From: Gemmatimonadota bacterium
Lineage (GTDB): Bacteria; Gemmatimonadota; Gemmatimonadetes; Palauibacterales; Palauibacteraceae
DNA length: 41,339 bases
Assembly: GCA_041612005.1 (NCBI GenBank)
Contig: JBFILW010000003.1
Location: 1 to 41,339, forward strand
Reading direction: 5' to 3'
Made by a program: the position numbers and the translations under genes. The notes beneath the pieces are model-generated. The model did not search any database and was not told the origin of the DNA. It saw only the letters and a list, made by a program, of their open reading frames with translations. Positions 9,578-18,707 of this stretch are shown here, one piece after another (within the stretch, counting starts at the first letter, position 1; every line of letters begins with the position of its first letter).

Positions 9578-11947
9578 ATGGGCCGCCCGTCGCACCGGTA
9601 TGTCGGGGCGAACGTCGGCCGGCGGGAGGACATTCGACTCCTCACCGGCGCCGGGCGGTTCGTGGGCGATCTGCACCTGCCCGGCGCGTTGCACCTGGCC
9701 TTCGTGCGCAGCCCGAGCGCGCACGGCCGCATCCTGGGTGTGGACGCCGCAGCGGCGCTCGCCATGCCGGGAGTCGTGCGCGTCGTCGACGGCGCGACAC
9801 TGGCGCAGGCCCTGCCCCACCTCGACGGCATGCAGGTCTCGGCTCCACCGGGCTGGTCGCAGCGGGTGGCACACCGCGTGTCGCTACCTTCGCAGTCGAT
9901 TCTCGCTGACGGCGTCGTCCGGTTCGTCGGCGAGCCGGTTGCAGCGGTGGTCGCGGAGGACGTACCGCGAGCGCTCGACGCAGCGGAACGGGTAGCCGTC
10001 CGGATCGACGAGCTGCCGGTGGTGATGGATCCGCTGGAGGCCATGACGGCGGCCTGCACGCGCGTCCACGACTCGCTGACGTCCAACGAGCTCGCGTGGA
10101 TGCAGACCGGAAAAGGCGATGCCACGAAGGCGCTCGCGCAGGCGCCCCGTTGCCTGCGCCGGCGCATCGTTCACCATCGCTACGCGGCCATGCCGATGGA
10201 GTGCCGCGCAGTCGCGGCCGAGTACGACACGCGCACCGGCGTGCTGACGGTCTACAGCGCAACCCAGGTCGTGCACTGGCTACGCGACCAGCTCGCCAGA
10301 TCCCTGAACCTCACGGAGAGCGAGATTCGCGTCGTTGCGCCCGACGTCGGTGGCGGCTTCGGGGTCAAGGGGCACGTCTATCCGGAGGAGCTGCTGGTCG
10401 CGTACCTTGCCATGCGCCTCGGGCGGCCCGTTCGCTGGGTCGAGCAGCGCCAGGAGCACGCCCTCGCGTCGACGCATTCACGCGATCAAGTGCACGACGT
10501 GGAGGTCGGGTTCGACGGCACCGGGCGCATCCTGGCCATCCGCGACCGCTGCTGGATCGATTCCGGTGCCTACTGCCCGGTGGGGGCCGGTGTCGCCTAC
10601 AACACCCCCGCCCACCTGCTCGGTCCGTATGACATCGCACACTTCGAGTCCGAGACCACCGTGGTCGCGACCAACAAGGCGCCGAGCGCGCCGTATCGAG
10701 GGGCAGGCAGACCCGAGGCGGTGCAGGTGATGGAGCGGGTGCTGGACCTGGTCGCGGCGGAGCTCGACCTGGAGCCGGCAGACGTCCGCTTTCGCAACCT
10801 GGTGCGGCCGGAGCAGATGCCGTATGCGGTCGGGCTCACCTACCGGGACGGTGCGCCCATCGTCTACGACAGCGGCGACTACCCGAAGGCGCTCGCGCAC
10901 GCGCTCGACGAGCTGGGCGGCGTGGCCGCGTTCCGGGCGCGCCAGGCCGAGGCCCGCCGCGCCGGCCGGTATCTCGGGATCGGCATGGGCTGCTACACCG
11001 AGGGCACCGGAGTGGGGCCGTTCGAAGGCGCCCGCGTTCGCATCGATCCGACCGGCAAGGTCATCGTCGCGCTGGGCGCCTGCCCGCAGGGCCAGGGACA
11101 CGAGACCGTATTCGCCCAGGTGGTGGCCGAGAGCTGGCAGGTGGCGATGGAGGACGTCGTCGTCAGGCTGGCCGACACCGGCGAGCTCGGCACCGGCTAC
11201 GGCACCGTGGGCAGCCGCAGCACGGTGACCGCCGCCATGGCAGCCGAACAGGCGAGCACGGTGCTCAAGGACAAGGTGCTGGCGATCGCGGGGGAGTTGC
11301 TGGAGGCATCCAGCGCCGACCTGGAGCTGTCAGACGGGGGCGTGCAGGTACGCGGTGCACCGGACCTGCGAGTCAGTCTGGCCGACGTCGCGCGAGCGGC
11401 GCGACCCGGCTGGCAGCACGCCCGTCCGCCCGGGGTGGAGGCCGGGCTGGACGCGACGGCCTACTACGAGCCACCCACCGTCACGTGGTCGTACGCGGCC
11501 AACGCGGCGATCGTCGAGGTGCTGCTGGAAACCGGCGAGGTGCGCGTGGAACGGTACGTCGAGGTGCACGACGCAGGCACGCTGGTGAACCCCCGCCTCG
11601 CCGACGGGCAGGTGATGGGCGGCATCGTGCAGGGCCTGGGGGGCGCGCTCCGCGAAGCCATCGTCTACGACGACTCGGGGCAGCTCCTCACGGCAAGCTT
11701 TCTCGACTACGCCATGCCGCGCGCCAGCGACTTTCCCGCGATCACGGTCATCCATCACCAGACCCCTTCCCCGCTCAACCCGCTGGGCGTCAAGGGACTG
11801 GGCGAAGGCGGCGCCATCGCGCCGCCGGTGGTGATCGCGAACGCGATTGGCGATGCCTTGAAACCCTGGAGGCGTGAATTCAACCGGCTGCCCATTCGCG
11901 CCGAGGATCTCGTGAACGGCACGGGCCTGCGTGGAAACGGGACTTGA
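9578..11947 (+). CDS. Xanthine dehydrogenase / CoxL-family molybdopterin-binding subunit
   Basis: RREDIRLLTGAGRFVGD, DVGGGFGVKG, PYRGAGRPEA, GQGHET, GQVMGG and GVKGLGEGG motifs. Confidence 0.93.
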   Translation: MGRPSHRYVGANVGRREDIRLLTGAGRFVGDLHLPGALHLAFVRSPSAHGRILGVDAAAALAMPGVVRVVDGATLAQALPHLDGMQVSAPPGWSQRVAHRVSLPSQSILADGVVRFVGEPVAAVVAEDVPRALDAAERVAVRIDELPVVMDPLEAMTAACTRVHDSLTSNELAWMQTGKGDATKALAQAPRCLRRRIVHHRYAAMPMECRAVAAEYDTRTGVLTVYSATQVVHWLRDQLARSLNLTESEIRVVAPDVGGGFGVKGHVYPEELLVAYLAMRLGRPVRWVEQRQEHALASTHSRDQVHDVEVGFDGTGRILAIRDRCWIDSGAYCPVGAGVAYNTPAHLLGPYDIAHFESETTVVATNKAPSAPYRGAGRPEAVQVMERVLDLVAAELDLEPADVRFRNLVRPEQMPYAVGLTYRDGAPIVYDSGDYPKALAHALDELGGVAAFRARQAEARRAGRYLGIGMGCYTEGTGVGPFEGARVRIDPTGKVIVALGACPQGQGHETVFAQVVAESWQVAMEDVVVRLADTGELGTGYGTVGSRSTVTAAMAAEQASTVLKDKVLAIAGELLEASSADLELSDGGVQVRGAPDLRVSLADVARAARPGWQHARPPGVEAGLDATAYYEPPTVTWSYAANAAIVEVLLETGEVRVERYVEVHDAGTLVNPRLADGQVMGGIVQGLGGALREAIVYDDSGQLLTASFLDYAMPRASDFPAITVIHHQTPSPLNPLGVKGLGEGGAIAPPVVIANAIGDALKPWRREFNRLPIRAEDLVNGTGLRGNGT

Positions 11948-12147
11948 GTCATTGCCCCGTCCATCGAAATTGATGCAGTGAACCGCCCCGGGAACCCCGG
12001 GTCTCCAAACCTCGAGAGGACGGAGCCACGAGCCGAACGACGAGATTCTCGCCGGAGGTCCGGGGGTTCGAGCTCGTCATCGCCATGCGCCAGTGTCGCC
12101 CGCCGGCAGCACAGCATTGCTGCGTGCTGGCGGTGGCTCGCGGCGTG

Positions 12148-12987
12148 CTACATCGCGGTCATCCCGCCGTCGATGACGAGCTCGATCCCCGTCACCCAGC
12201 GGGACTCGTCCGATGCGAGGTAGACGCAGCCCATGGCGATGTCGTAGGGCTGCCCGATACGGCCGAGCGGCGTCGCCGCGAGACGGGCCGAGCGCACCGC
12301 GTTGCTGGCGTGGCTGGACGCCGTCATGGGCGTGTCGATGAAGCCGGGGTGTATGGAGTTGGCGCGGATGTTCTCGAACGCGTGCTCCACCGCCACGGCC
12401 TTCGTGAACAGCCGCACCGAGCCCTTCGATGCGTGGTAGGCGGCACTCGCGAATGAGCCCACGAGGCCGCAGATCGACGAGACGTTGATGATCGAGCCGC
12501 CGCCTGCGCGGCGCATCGCGGGAATCGCGTGCCGGGTGCCGAGGTACACGCCGGTCGAGTTCACCTCCATGATGCGGCTCCAGGCCTCGGGCGAGACGTC
12601 GTCTACCCGCAGGCTGCTCGGGCCGCCGGCGATGCCGCCGCGCGCGGTCACGGCCGCGTAGTCCACGTACTCCCGCCCGGAGATGCCGGCCACGTTCGCG
12701 AGCACGTCCAGCCGTCCAAAGCGCTGCGTGGTCGCGGCCACGACGCGCGCCCACGCCTCGTCGTCCGTGACGTCCAGCGGCATGAACAGGGTCTCGCCGC
12801 CGGCGCGCGCGATGTCGTCGGCCACCTCCTCGCCCGCCTCGGAGCTCACGTCACCCAGCACCACGCGAGCGCCCTCGAGCGCGAACCGGCGCGCGGTTTC
12901 GGCCCCGATCCCGGACGCCGCGCCGCTGACCATCGCCACCTTGCCTTCGAGCCGCGATCCCGAGACCCCTGCGTGCATTAAACACAC
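12148..12987 (-). CDS. Short-chain dehydrogenase/reductase
   Basis: SGAASGIG Rossmann motif; NVSS; YHASK (YxxxK); IHPGFIDT; IDGG. Exact start uncertain. Confidence 0.92.
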   Translation of the reverse strand: MCLMHAGVSGSRLEGKVAMVSGAASGIGAETARRFALEGARVVLGDVSSEAGEEVADDIARAGGETLFMPLDVTDDEAWARVVAATTQRFGRLDVLANVAGISGREYVDYAAVTARGGIAGGPSSLRVDDVSPEAWSRIMEVNSTGVYLGTRHAIPAMRRAGGGSIINVSSICGLVGSFASAAYHASKGSVRLFTKAVAVEHAFENIRANSIHPGFIDTPMTASSHASNAVRSARLAATPLGRIGQPYDIAMGCVYLASDESRWVTGIELVIDGGMTAM

Positions 12988-13040
12988 TCCCGTAGTGGCA
13001 ACCCGCGGCGCCGGACGGTAGCTGCATCCGCCGTCGCGGG

Positions 13041-13609
13041 TCAGACCAGCTCCTTGACGTCGATCACCCCGTCGTCGCCCCCGCGGCAGGAGTTCGCAAG
13101 CTCGGCGAGCTTGCCATACCCGGGCGCGCGGTAGCAGTGCCGCGTGGCCGCGTCGATGTCGCGGCCCGAGGTATCGGCGCGGATGCGCTCCCCGCCGGCC
13201 TCGCCAATGGGGACCATCAACCGCGCTTGGGCCAGCCGCCCGACGCCCCGGCCCCGGAGTCCGCGATCCACCGCGATCCGGTAGAGATCGTGGCGCCGCC
13301 CCGTGCCCGGGGTCGGGCCGTAGCAGGCCCAGGGCAGCACCCGCTCAACCGACTCCGCGTCCGTGAAACGGTAGCACGAGGCGCGGCCACGGGCGATCCC
13401 CTCGTGCACCAGCTCGCTCGTGATGGCCAGCTCGTCGCTGGTGGAGATGTCGGCGCGCGCCACAAGCGGGTCCGCACGTCAGCGCGCAGGTCAGCGCGGC
13501 CGCCGCTTCCAATGACCGGAACACGCTCCCCGAGGTGACGCAGGAGGGCGACGTCGTCCGGTACCGGCGCACGTTCGGAGCGGGGCCGCTCAGCCCGCTC
13601 CTCTGGCAC
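13041..13609 (-). pseudogene. Degenerate GNAT acetyltransferase
   Basis: ACYGPTPGT...DLYRIAVD..RGRGVGR (acetyl-CoA motif A) and TSGR in the 13041-13463 frame. A plausible N-terminus (PVPDDVALLRHL) lies in a different frame, implying a frameshift; many non-conservative residues. Confidence 0.55.
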
Positions 13610-13707
13610 GCCACGGGCTCGGGCGAGACCCGGCCGGTCACGCGCGGGCAGATTGGCACGATGGCCTCGCTGGCGTTATCGTTCTCCGAGCGGGAGAGGA
13701 CGAACTC

Positions 13708-14601
13708 ATGACACCGGATCAGATACTCGCCTGTCCGGCGCGAGTGCTCAGCCAGGCGCAGCGCGAGCACTACTTCGAGCACGGCTACGTCGCCATCGAG
13801 CGCCTGGTGCCGCAGAAGACGCTGGCCGAGCTCCAGGCCGTCACCCGGGACTTCGTGGAGCAAAGCCGCGAGGTGACGGCGTCGGACTCGCGCTTCGACA
13901 TCGGCCCCGGGCACTGCGCGCAAACGCCGGTGCTGCGCCGGCTGAAGAGCCCGGACATCGCGCACCCCGCCTACTGGGCGTTCTCGACCGGGCTGATGGC
14001 CGACGTCGCGGCCGATCTGGTGGGCCCGAACGTCGTGTTCCACCACTCGAAGCTCAACTTCAAGTGGTTCGACGAGTCCGACACCGTCAAGTGGCACCAG
14101 GACATCCAGTTCTTCCCGCACACGAACTACAACGTGCTCACCATCGGCTGCTATCTCGCCGACACGGACATGAGCAACGGGCCGCTGGCGGTGCTCGACC
14201 GCTCCCACGAGGACGACCTCTACGACCAGTACGACGCCGAGGGCCACTGGACGGGAATGCTGTCCGACGCGGATGCGGCGCACCTCGATGCGGATCGCGT
14301 TCGCCATCTCATGGGGCCGGCCGGGTCGATCACGGTGCACAACGCGAGAACACTGCACCACTCGCCGTCGTCGAAGTCGCCGCGCCCGCGCCCGCTGCTG
14401 CTGAACTGCTACACCGCCGCGGACGCCAAGGCCTACACGCCGCACCCGGATCCCACCGCCAATGCCTACAAGCTGGTCCGGGGCGAGCCGGTGCGGTGGG
14501 CCCACCACGATCCGCGCCCGTGCCAGATCCCGCCCGACTGGTCCGGTGGTTACACCTCGATCTATGCCGCCCAGTCCGGCGAGGACAACGTGGCGACATA
14601 G
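13708..14601 (+). CDS. Phytanoyl-CoA dioxygenase (PhyH) family Fe(II)/2-oxoglutarate dioxygenase
   Basis: WHQD (HxD); NGPL; GPAGSITVHNARTLHHS (distal His); RBS GAGG. Confidence 0.92.
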   Translation: MTPDQILACPARVLSQAQREHYFEHGYVAIERLVPQKTLAELQAVTRDFVEQSREVTASDSRFDIGPGHCAQTPVLRRLKSPDIAHPAYWAFSTGLMADVAADLVGPNVVFHHSKLNFKWFDESDTVKWHQDIQFFPHTNYNVLTIGCYLADTDMSNGPLAVLDRSHEDDLYDQYDAEGHWTGMLSDADAAHLDADRVRHLMGPAGSITVHNARTLHHSPSSKSPRPRPLLLNCYTAADAKAYTPHPDPTANAYKLVRGEPVRWAHHDPRPCQIPPDWSGGYTSIYAAQSGEDNVAT

Positions 14602-14803
14602 CGCCCGGTCGCTCCCGGGGCAGCTGCAAGAGCTCCGCTGGAGGCATTCATGCCCGTCGAGACACCAGGGCCACGGTTCGCGCAACCCACGGCCTACGAC
14701 GTCGTCAGCTTCAGCGTCAAGCGCACGGAGCGCTCGCCGTACGGGGCGCGGCGGGCAAACGGCGACGTGGTGTATGCGATCTACGCGAACGGGAACTTCG
14801 ACC

Positions 14804-15664
14804 ATGAACGACGCGATGACAATTCGGCCCCGCCGGAGCTTCATCTTCTCGCCGGGCCTGAGGCCCGAGATGTATCCCAAGGCGCTCGCCTGCGGGGCCG
14901 ACATCGTCTGCGTCGAGCTGGAAGACGGCATCGCCCCGAAGGACAAGGCGGCAGCACGCGTCAACGCGATGGCGCTCTTTGCCGAGCCGCAAGCCGACGA
15001 CGGTGTGGAGCGCATCGTGCGCATCAACTGCCTGCGCGAGGCCTTCGGGCTCGCCGATGTCGAGGCGGTCCTCGCCACCGACACGCCGCCGCCGGCGCTC
15101 ATGCTGCCGAAGGTGCGAACTCCCGATGAGGTCGCGTGGCTCGCCGACCTGCTCGACGAGCGCGGGCACGACACCCGCCTGCACGTGATCATCGAGACCA
15201 ACCAGGGCCTGGAGGCGGCGTACGAGATCGCGCACTCGAGCGACCGGCTGGATGCGCTGTTCTTCGGTGGCGTGGACATGGCGGCGGAGCTTCGCTGCGC
15301 CAACGCCTGGGAGCCGCTGCTCTACGCCCGCTCGCGCGTGGTGCACGCGGCGGCATCGGCCGGTCTCGACGTCATCGACGTGCCGTACCTCGACCTCGAA
15401 AACGTGCGGGGTCTGGAGACGGCCGCGCGCCAGGCCTGCGACCTCGGCTTCTCCGGCAAGGGCGCAATCCACCCCAAGCAGATCGCGGCCATCAACGCCG
15501 TGTTCACCCCTGACCCGGACCAGATCGAGCGGGCGCGGCGGATCATCCAGACCTTCGAAGAGGCCGACACCGGGCTGGTCGTCATCGACGGCAAGCTCAT
15601 CGAGAAGCCGGTCCTGCGCGACATGCATAGAATCCTGGCCATCGCCGGGCGCGTCTCGGCCTGA
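14804..15664 (+). CDS. CoA-ester lyase, CitE/HpcH-HpaI family
   Basis: RRSFIFSPG, ELEDGIAP, VRIN, LPKV, IIET, FGGVD and GFSGKGAIHPKQI. Start is ATG 14804 or 14816. Confidence 0.9.
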   Translation: MNDAMTIRPRRSFIFSPGLRPEMYPKALACGADIVCVELEDGIAPKDKAAARVNAMALFAEPQADDGVERIVRINCLREAFGLADVEAVLATDTPPPALMLPKVRTPDEVAWLADLLDERGHDTRLHVIIETNQGLEAAYEIAHSSDRLDALFFGGVDMAAELRCANAWEPLLYARSRVVHAAASAGLDVIDVPYLDLENVRGLETAARQACDLGFSGKGAIHPKQIAAINAVFTPDPDQIERARRIIQTFEEADTGLVVIDGKLIEKPVLRDMHRILAIAGRVSA

Positions 15665-15681
15665 TGTGGAGGAACCATCGA

Positions 15682-17040
15682 ATGAACCACGACAAGGCGT
15701 GCTGCGGACCCGGCTATGCGTCGCCGGCCGAGGCGATGAAGGCGCCCCGGGAGAAGCTCCTCTACACCGTGGCGCTCTACATCGGCACCGGCATCCAGAA
15801 GCCGGACTACCTCGCGACCATCGACGCGGATCCCGAGAGCCCGACCTACTCCCAGGTCATCGGCCGACTGGAGATGCCGGGGATCGGCGACGAGCTGCAC
15901 CACATGGGCTGGAACGCGTGCTCGTCGTGTCACCACGACGCCACCAAGGAGCGGCGCTATCTTGTCGTGCCCGGGGTGCGCTCGTCGAACCTGCACATCG
16001 TGGACTGCGGCGCCGACCCGCGAAACCCGCGCCTGCACAAGGTCATCGAAGGCGCCGAGATCAAGGCCAAGACCGACCTGTCTGCGCCGCACACGGTCCA
16101 CTGTCTCGGCCCGGACATCATCATCTCGATGCTGGGTGACGCCCGGGGTGAGGCGCCGGGCGGCTTCCTGCACCTGAACGAGGACTTCGAGATTGTCGGA
16201 CGCTGGGAGAACGATCTCGGCGCGATGAAGTTCAACTACGATTTCTGGTACCAGCCCCGCCACAACGTGATGGTGTCGAGCGAGTGGGCGGCTCCCAACA
16301 CCTTCATGCCGGGCTTCGACCTCGAGGAGGTGGGGCACCTCAAATACGGCCGGGAGCTGCACTTCTGGGACTTCGAGAACCGGCGGGTGGACAAGACGTT
16401 CTACCTCGGCGAGGACGGTCTCGTGCCGCTCGAGGTGCGATTCCACCACGACCCGGCGTCCAGCCACGGCTTCGTCGGCGCCGCGCTCTCGTCAAACATC
16501 ATCCACTGGTGCAAGCGGGACGGAGAATGGATCTGGGAGAAGATCATCGACGTCGAGAACGAGCGCCATCCCGAATGGCCCATCCCGGTCCCGGGGCTCA
16601 TTTCGGTGATCCTGCTGTCGATGGACGACCGGTTCCTCTACTTCTGCAACTGGCTGCACGGCGACATCCGCCAGTACGACATCACGGATCCCTCGCACCC
16701 GAAGTTCACCGGCCAGGTGTGGATGGGCGGCCTGCTCGGCCGGGCGCCCGAGGTGAACGGGCGCAAGATCACGGGCGGCCCGCAGATGATCCAGCTCTCG
16801 CTCGACGGCAGGCGTCTCTACGTGACGACGTCCTTGTTTTCGACGTGGGACAACCAGTTCTACCCGGAGATCCGCACCAACGGCGGGTGCATGCTGATGG
16901 TCAACTGCGACACCGGGACCGGCGGCATGGCGATCGATCCCGACTTCTTCGTGGACTTCGGCAAGGAGCCGAACGGCCCGGCGCGCTGTCACGAGACCCG
17001 CTACCCGGGCGGCGACTGCACGTCGGACATCTGGCTGTGA
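15682..17040 (+). CDS. Selenium-binding protein (SBP56/SELENBP1 family), methanethiol oxidase-like
   Basis: CGPGYASP, DELHHMGWNACSSC, YDFWYQPRHNVMVSSEW, GGPQMIQLSLDG and a C-terminal RYPGGDCTSDIWL. RBS GGAGGA; no signal peptide. Confidence 0.95.
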   Translation: MNHDKACCGPGYASPAEAMKAPREKLLYTVALYIGTGIQKPDYLATIDADPESPTYSQVIGRLEMPGIGDELHHMGWNACSSCHHDATKERRYLVVPGVRSSNLHIVDCGADPRNPRLHKVIEGAEIKAKTDLSAPHTVHCLGPDIIISMLGDARGEAPGGFLHLNEDFEIVGRWENDLGAMKFNYDFWYQPRHNVMVSSEWAAPNTFMPGFDLEEVGHLKYGRELHFWDFENRRVDKTFYLGEDGLVPLEVRFHHDPASSHGFVGAALSSNIIHWCKRDGEWIWEKIIDVENERHPEWPIPVPGLISVILLSMDDRFLYFCNWLHGDIRQYDITDPSHPKFTGQVWMGGLLGRAPEVNGRKITGGPQMIQLSLDGRRLYVTTSLFSTWDNQFYPEIRTNGGCMLMVNCDTGTGGMAIDPDFFVDFGKEPNGPARCHETRYPGGDCTSDIWL

Positions 17041-17411
17041 GCCCCACGGTGCGCATCACGCTCGAGAATCGCGGGTCGGCGGTGCTCGAGGTGGACGCGA
17101 GGCTTCCGCTGCTCGACTCGCTCGAGGCGCACGGCGTGTCGCTGCCATACGGCTGCCGCTACGGCGGCTGCATCTCGTGCGCCGCGAAGCTGCTCGAGGG
17201 CGAAATCGACCAGCGGGGCGCGGTCGCGCTCAACAACCGGCAGCTCGGCGATGGCTACATCCTGCTTTGTGTGGCGCGCCCGAAGAGCGACTGCCGGCTC
17301 GCGGTCGGTGTGGACAGTCACGACCGGCTGTACCGCAACCCGTTCGCGAGCCCGCTGCTTCCGCACGAGCTCAAGCCCGACATCGCCGAAGCCGAGGAGA
17401 AGACGCCGTGA
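17037..17411 (+). CDS. Plant-type 2Fe-2S ferredoxin
   Basis: GTG start overlaps the upstream stop (GTGA). LPYGCRYGGCISC...ILLC motif. Confidence 0.88.
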   Translation: MSPTVRITLENRGSAVLEVDARLPLLDSLEAHGVSLPYGCRYGGCISCAAKLLEGEIDQRGAVALNNRQLGDGYILLCVARPKSDCRLAVGVDSHDRLYRNPFASPLLPHELKPDIAEAEEKTP

Positions 17412-17875
17412 GCGAGCCCGTCTACATGAATCACGACGAGGACTATCCGGCGGAGTACCTGGCCGACATCCTGAAGTCGGTGAAGACCATCGCCATGGTC
17501 GGCGCGAGCTCGGACCCCACGAAGTTCAGCTACGGCGTGTTGCCGGTGCTCCACGAGACCGGCTACGACATGATTCCCGTCAATCCGCAGGAAGCCGGCG
17601 GGGAGATCCGCGGTCTGCCGGTGTACGAGAGCCTGCGCGCCATCGATCGCCCGGTCGACATGGTGGAGGTGTTTCGCTCGTCGCGCGCCGCGTACAGGGT
17701 GACGGAAGAAGCGATCGCCATCGGCGCGAAGGTCGTGTGGATGCAGATCGGCGTGCGCAACGACGAGGCGGCGCGTCTGGCGGAGGCCGCCGGGCTCAAG
17801 GTGGTCATGAACCGCTGCCCGAAGATCGAGCTCTTCCGCCCCTTCTGGAAACCACGGCTCAATCAGCAGATCTGA
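17408..17875 (+). CDS. CoA-binding protein (YccU-like)
   Basis: GTGA overlap with the ferredoxin. KTIAMVGAS, IPVNP, VWMQIG and VVMNRCPKIE motifs. Confidence 0.9.
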   Translation: MSEPVYMNHDEDYPAEYLADILKSVKTIAMVGASSDPTKFSYGVLPVLHETGYDMIPVNPQEAGGEIRGLPVYESLRAIDRPVDMVEVFRSSRAAYRVTEEAIAIGAKVVWMQIGVRNDEAARLAEAAGLKVVMNRCPKIELFRPFWKPRLNQQI

Positions 17876-18146
17876 TGAGGACGGGGTCCGTGTAGCGCGC
17901 CGCTCGACCCTCGCGGGGCGCGCGCCGGCTCGGCGTCGAGACGTGCCGCGGAGATCGTCTGACCGGATGTCGGATTGTGAAGCTGTGTCGGAAGCGTTCA
18001 GTAGCGCACACGAGCGTTCACTGCGTGGCAGGCACGACGGCGGGCAACGAAGAGTCAACGCGGTGTGGCCCTGCACCTCCAGCGAATCCCGCGCCTCGAG
18101 CTCTCGAGGGGAAGTCGACGTAACCGACGGAAAGAATTGATGGGGC

Positions 18147-18195
18147 GGGTGGGCCGTGCAGGAATCGAACCACCGACCACCCGATCGAAAGTCAA
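18147..18195 (-). pseudogene. Degenerate 3' half of a tRNA-Lys-like gene (candidate att site)
   Basis: Minus strand reads TTGACTTTCGATCGGGTGGTCGGTGGTTCGATTCCTGCACGGCCCACCC, closely resembling the anticodon-to-acceptor half of bacterial tRNA-Lys. The 5' half is absent, the T-stem is mispaired and there is no CCA. Confidence 0.7.
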
Positions 18196-18435
18196 GGTCC
18201 AAATTCGCAATGGCCTGTTTTGTAGATGTTTACAGCGTTCCACTGGCGAACTGGGCGCCACAAGGAAACCTGGCCATCAGAACGACTTGGGCTACATGCG
18301 TGCGTGTTGGCGAACATGCCCGCGCCGCGTGACCGTACCTCTGCTGTGCCTCGCGGCCGCCCGGAGCACGCGGCCCCATGGCCTCCTCGGCCGGCGGGAG
18401 GACCCGCCACTGCTATTATTCCGCGCTCATGAGCC

Positions 18436-18705
18436 ATGGCCATGAATGCCGACCGGACCATCGAGCGAATTCGAGGCCTGCGAACTCAGCTGCATGCCCT
18501 GGGCGTCGCCTCTCGAGGCCTCTTTGGCTCGCTCGCCCGCGGAGAAGAACGCGACGACAGCGATGTCGACATCCTCGTCGCCTTCAAGGGCCCGGCCCCG
18601 TTTGACCAGTACAAGGACCTCAAGCTCCTCCTCGAGGACGCTCTGGGACGGCGCGTCGAGCGCGAATTACAAGAAAAACGCGCCTTTGATTCAATTGGAG
18701 GGTAA
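18436..18705 (+). pseudogene. Minimal nucleotidyltransferase (MNT/MntA-like), C-terminally truncated
   Basis: LFGSLARGE..DSDVDILV (GS..DxD) motif. Homology appears to stop at LGRRVE, where the DNA turns AT-rich. No HEPN partner follows. Confidence 0.65.
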
Positions 18706-18707
18706 GA

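Noticed and set aside
9578-11947. Aerobic CO dehydrogenase (form I coxL)
   Set aside because: It lacks the AYxCSFR Cu-binding motif and the coxMS and accessory genes.
18147-18230. Functional tRNA gene
   Set aside because: No 5' half or D-arm, mispaired T-stem, altered anticodon loop and no CCA.
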